From an uncultured Desulfovibrionaceae bacterium (GTDB lineage: Bacteria > Desulfobacterota > Desulfovibrionia > Desulfovibrionales > Desulfovibrionaceae): a DNA stretch of 30,707 nucleotides. Made by a program: the position numbers and the translations under genes. The stretch is taken from assembly GCA_964368595.1 (NCBI GenBank), contig CAYJCI010000005.1, forward strand, positions 1 through 30,707. Direction: 5' to 3'. Position 1 is the stretch's first letter. Each line of letters opens with the position of its first letter. Positions 28,206 through 30,707 of this stretch are shown one piece after another. The notes under the pieces were generated by a model. It saw only the letters and a program-made list of their open reading frames with translations. It ran no database searches and was not told the origin of the DNA.

Positions 28206-28478
28206 GGCTTATGAGTGTTGCTTGGCAACACGACCAAAAATCATGAATAGGGTAAGCTTTGCTTACCCGTTTAGAGAATGATTTTTGTGTATTAATATAA
28301 AATTAAGTAAAAATGGGTCGTGCGCAAGCACGGCCCTTTTTGGCTTATGAGTGTTGCTTGGCAACACGACCAAAAATCATGAATAGGGTAAGCTTTGCTT
28401 ACCCGTTTAGAGAATGATTTTTGTGTATTAATATAAAATTAAGTAAAAATGGGTCGTGCGCAAGCACGGCCCTTTTTG
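28174..28478. repeat. Exact tandem repeat with 136-bp period (two full units plus a 33-bp partial)
   Basis: 28174-28309 is identical to 28310-28445, and 28446-28478 repeats the first 33 bp. Confidence 0.95.
28179..28205 (+). terminator. dcw operon intrinsic terminator (identical copies at 28315-28341 and 28451-28477)
   Basis: GGGTCGTGC-GCAA-GCACGGCCC-TTTTT: 9-bp stem, GNRA loop, U-G pair favouring the plus strand. Confidence 0.88.
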
Positions 28479-28501
28479 TGAGTTGAGTATAGCAAGAATA
28501 A

Positions 28502-28529
28502 GGGTCGTCTATAAGCACGCCCCTTTTTT
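28502..28529 (+). repeat. Degenerate fourth copy of the terminator
   Basis: GGGTCGTctatAAGCACGcCCCTTTTTT compared with GGGTCGTGCGCAAGCACGGCCCTTTTT. Confidence 0.75.
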
Positions 28530-28591
28530 GTTTCAAAGACAAATTTTTTATAGATATTTATTTAAATATTAAATCATTACCTAAAAAATAT

Positions 28592-30616
28592 CTATTTACC
28601 TAAGTTTTGCATTATAGCTCTTAGCTTCTCAATTTCATCCCCCATATTACGTACTTCAATAGCGGCACTTCTCATGGATTCAACAGTTTCTAAAGCGCCA
28701 TTATTAATTTCACCCAAGGAAAAGGCAATAGATTCACTAGTTGATGATTGTTCTTCAGATGCAGTTGCAATTTCGGTAATTTGTTCTGATGTAGTGGTAG
28801 CTTCTTCTACAATTTTTAATAAAATTTCTTCTGAATCATTCATCAACTTTGAAGTTTGATTCAAGGTTTCGGTGCTGTTATCAACAAGGTCAGAACTGTG
28901 CTTTGTTTTTGCTTGTATACTTTTAATTACATTGCTAACTTCTTGTGTTGCTTGTGTTGTTTTTTCTGCAAGTTTGCGTACTTCGTCGGCAACAACAGCA
29001 AATCCGCGGCCAGCCTCACCAGCTCTTGCGGCTTCAATGGCGGCGTTAAGGGCAAGTAGATTTGTTTGGTCTGCTATATCATTAATAACTGTAATTACAG
29101 AGTCAATGCTTTCAGCAGCAACTCCCAAATCATGCATTGCATTTTGTATATTTGTATTTTCTTTTTGAACTGTGTTTAGTGCCTCATTAGTTTTTTGTAG
29201 AATGCTAGTTCCGCTTTCTGCCCTAGATTTTGCGTTAATTGAACCTTGTGATGCTGACGAAGATTTTTGGGCAATTTCAATGACAGATGTATTCATTTGC
29301 TCCATGGCAGAAGAGCATGATGATACTTGATTCATTTGATTTTCTGTTCTTTGAGTTGATGATTGCACTAAATTATTTAGCTCCTCAGAAAATGAATGCA
29401 TATGTTCCACTATTAAATCAACTTCGCTAGTGGCTTTCTCAAGGATTATTCTGCCTTCTTCTGCTGCCACTGTGGCTTCGTTAGCTTTAATTATTGAAGC
29501 TTCAGCTTTTTGAGTTTGAATTTCTGCCTCTTTGGCATTGTTTTCAGATGAAGTTAAAGTTTTGACCATATTGCTAACCATTTCATCAATGGATGAAATT
29601 AGTATTTTGATTTCACCAGAACCTTGTGTATTAAGCTGTGTATCATAATTGCCAGCTGCAATTTTTTGTGCATATTCGGTCGTTAATGCTAGTGGTTTTA
29701 CTATGTTTTGTACCAATGCATAACCAATTGCTAACATTAGCAAGGCAACCAAGGCTCCAATGCCTAGTGATGAAAATAAAGCTTTATTAATCAAGCTGTT
29801 TATACTGCTTTGCGAAAGGCCTACAAACAATATTCCCTCATTTGCACCTTGAATATTTTTCCAAGGCCAATAAACGGTTTTATAGTGATTACCTAAAATA
29901 ACATTTTTTGAGTAGACTACAGTGCTATTTTTTATAACTGAATCGTATATTTTTTCATTATTGAGTGTAGTTCCTACTGCTGGCTTTCCATCTTTTAAGA
30001 TTGTTGTGGTAAGTCTTGTATCATCAAGAAAAATTGTTGCCTCAACTTGTATCTTTTCTTTAATTGTATTTATAAATCTGTGTGTTGAGAGGTCTTCACC
30101 ATAAGCAACAGCGCCAATGAGTTTATCATTCTGATATAGGGCAATTCCTGCACCTAGTGTTAAGGCAATGGTTTGGCCTTTTTCTAAGCCACTTACACTT
30201 TCACCATCTTTTAAGGGGCTTAATAAGCTTGTACGATTTGTTGAAATGTCATCCCCGAATTTATCATTATGTCCTCTTGCTAGAATTTTGTTGTTTAATC
30301 CTGCTATGGTAATATAATTTATTTCAGGGTGTTCTGAGATTATTTTTTTTGCGATAGTTTGAAGTGTTGCAGTATCACTACTTGCAAGGGCATGAGTTAA
30401 TTCTTTGTTATTTCTAAATATTTCTGCCATTGATAAATAATGCATGGCTTGCTGTTCAACGGATGTTTGAACTGTAACTTCAGCAACTTGTAATAATTTA
30501 CTAGTTTCTTCTTCCGCAATTGTGTTAAAATAAAACCATGAAACAATGCTAGTTACAGAAAATAAAGCAATGATAGTTGCTATAAGTAATAATAATATTT
30601 TTTTTGAAATACTCAT
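28592..30616 (-). CDS. Methyl-accepting chemotaxis protein (TM-Cache-TM-HAMP-MCP signal)
   Basis: [40 protein letters not shown] signature, two TMs, Cache-like [13 protein letters not shown]...Y.P...G.LFVG, GAGG RBS. Confidence 0.96.
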   Translation of the reverse strand: MSISKKILLLLIATIIALFSVTSIVSWFYFNTIAEEETSKLLQVAEVTVQTSVEQQAMHYLSMAEIFRNNKELTHALASSDTATLQTIAKKIISEHPEINYITIAGLNNKILARGHNDKFGDDISTNRTSLLSPLKDGESVSGLEKGQTIALTLGAGIALYQNDKLIGAVAYGEDLSTHRFINTIKEKIQVEATIFLDDTRLTTTILKDGKPAVGTTLNNEKIYDSVIKNSTVVYSKNVILGNHYKTVYWPWKNIQGANEGILFVGLSQSSINSLINKALFSSLGIGALVALLMLAIGYALVQNIVKPLALTTEYAQKIAAGNYDTQLNTQGSGEIKILISSIDEMVSNMVKTLTSSENNAKEAEIQTQKAEASIIKANEATVAAEEGRIILEKATSEVDLIVEHMHSFSEELNNLVQSSTQRTENQMNQVSSCSSAMEQMNTSVIEIAQKSSSASQGSINAKSRAESGTSILQKTNEALNTVQKENTNIQNAMHDLGVAAESIDSVITVINDIADQTNLLALNAAIEAARAGEAGRGFAVVADEVRKLAEKTTQATQEVSNVIKSIQAKTKHSSDLVDNSTETLNQTSKLMNDSEEILLKIVEEATTTSEQITEIATASEEQSSTSESIAFSLGEINNGALETVESMRSAAIEVRNMGDEIEKLRAIMQNLGK

Positions 30617-30652
30617 GGTTAACCTCTATACCTGTATTTACTTAGTCGATGC

Positions 30653-30680
30653 TGAAAAATGCGTTTCCACGCATTTTTCA
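30653..30680. other. Perfect 12-bp inverted repeat upstream of the MCP gene
   Basis: TGAAAAATGCGT-TTCC-ACGCATTTTTCA. Confidence 0.7.
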
Positions 30681-30707
30681 AAAAAGACACGCCCACTCCA
30701 AACACCG

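Noticed and set aside
28174..28478. CRISPR array (33-bp palindromic repeat, three copies)
   Set aside because: The spacers are 103 bp and identical to each other, the repeat is a typical intrinsic terminator, and no cas genes are present.
28550..28595. Inverted repeat ATAGATATTT/AAATATCTAT at the MCP stop
   Set aside because: Almost all A/T with a long loop, so it is plausibly chance and too weak to call a terminator.
61..30104. Numerous 60-190 aa alternative-frame or antisense ORFs (for example 21809-22384, 19904-20368, 7998-8390, 10404-10601, 61-255)
   Set aside because: Nearly all overlap well-supported genes or terminators and show no recognisable motifs, so they are treated as shadow ORFs.
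30643..30652. Sigma28-like -10 element (GTCGAT) near the MCP gene
   Set aside because: It is on the plus strand facing away from the MCP, with no convincing -35 element.

Overview
AT-rich bacterial chromosomal window; gene content and order point to Desulfovibrionaceae (inference from protein similarity and synteny). The left part, on the minus strand, holds pyk with an HD-GYP gene, a membrane-fused spermidine-synthase-like gene, an ileS-lspA-PLDc_N-cpoB-NIL/ferredoxin operon, and a Cys-rich DUF2325 gene with a Fur-like box over its promoter. The centre, on the plus strand, is a dcw cluster (mraZ rsmH ftsL ftsI murE murF mraY murD ftsW murG murC murB ftsQ ftsA ftsZ, with no ddl), preceded by four 10-bp-periodic GTGG MraZ boxes. 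The right end holds a convergent chemoreceptor. The least explained part is the ~700 bp between ftsZ and the chemoreceptor. It has a run of plus-strand hairpins ending in a stem-loop whose loop (ACCTCTCC) is exactly complementary to the ftsZ ribosome-binding site. This is followed by a 136-bp-period array of identical terminators separated by nested palindromes. No transposase, integrase, cas gene, tRNA or rRNA was recognised.
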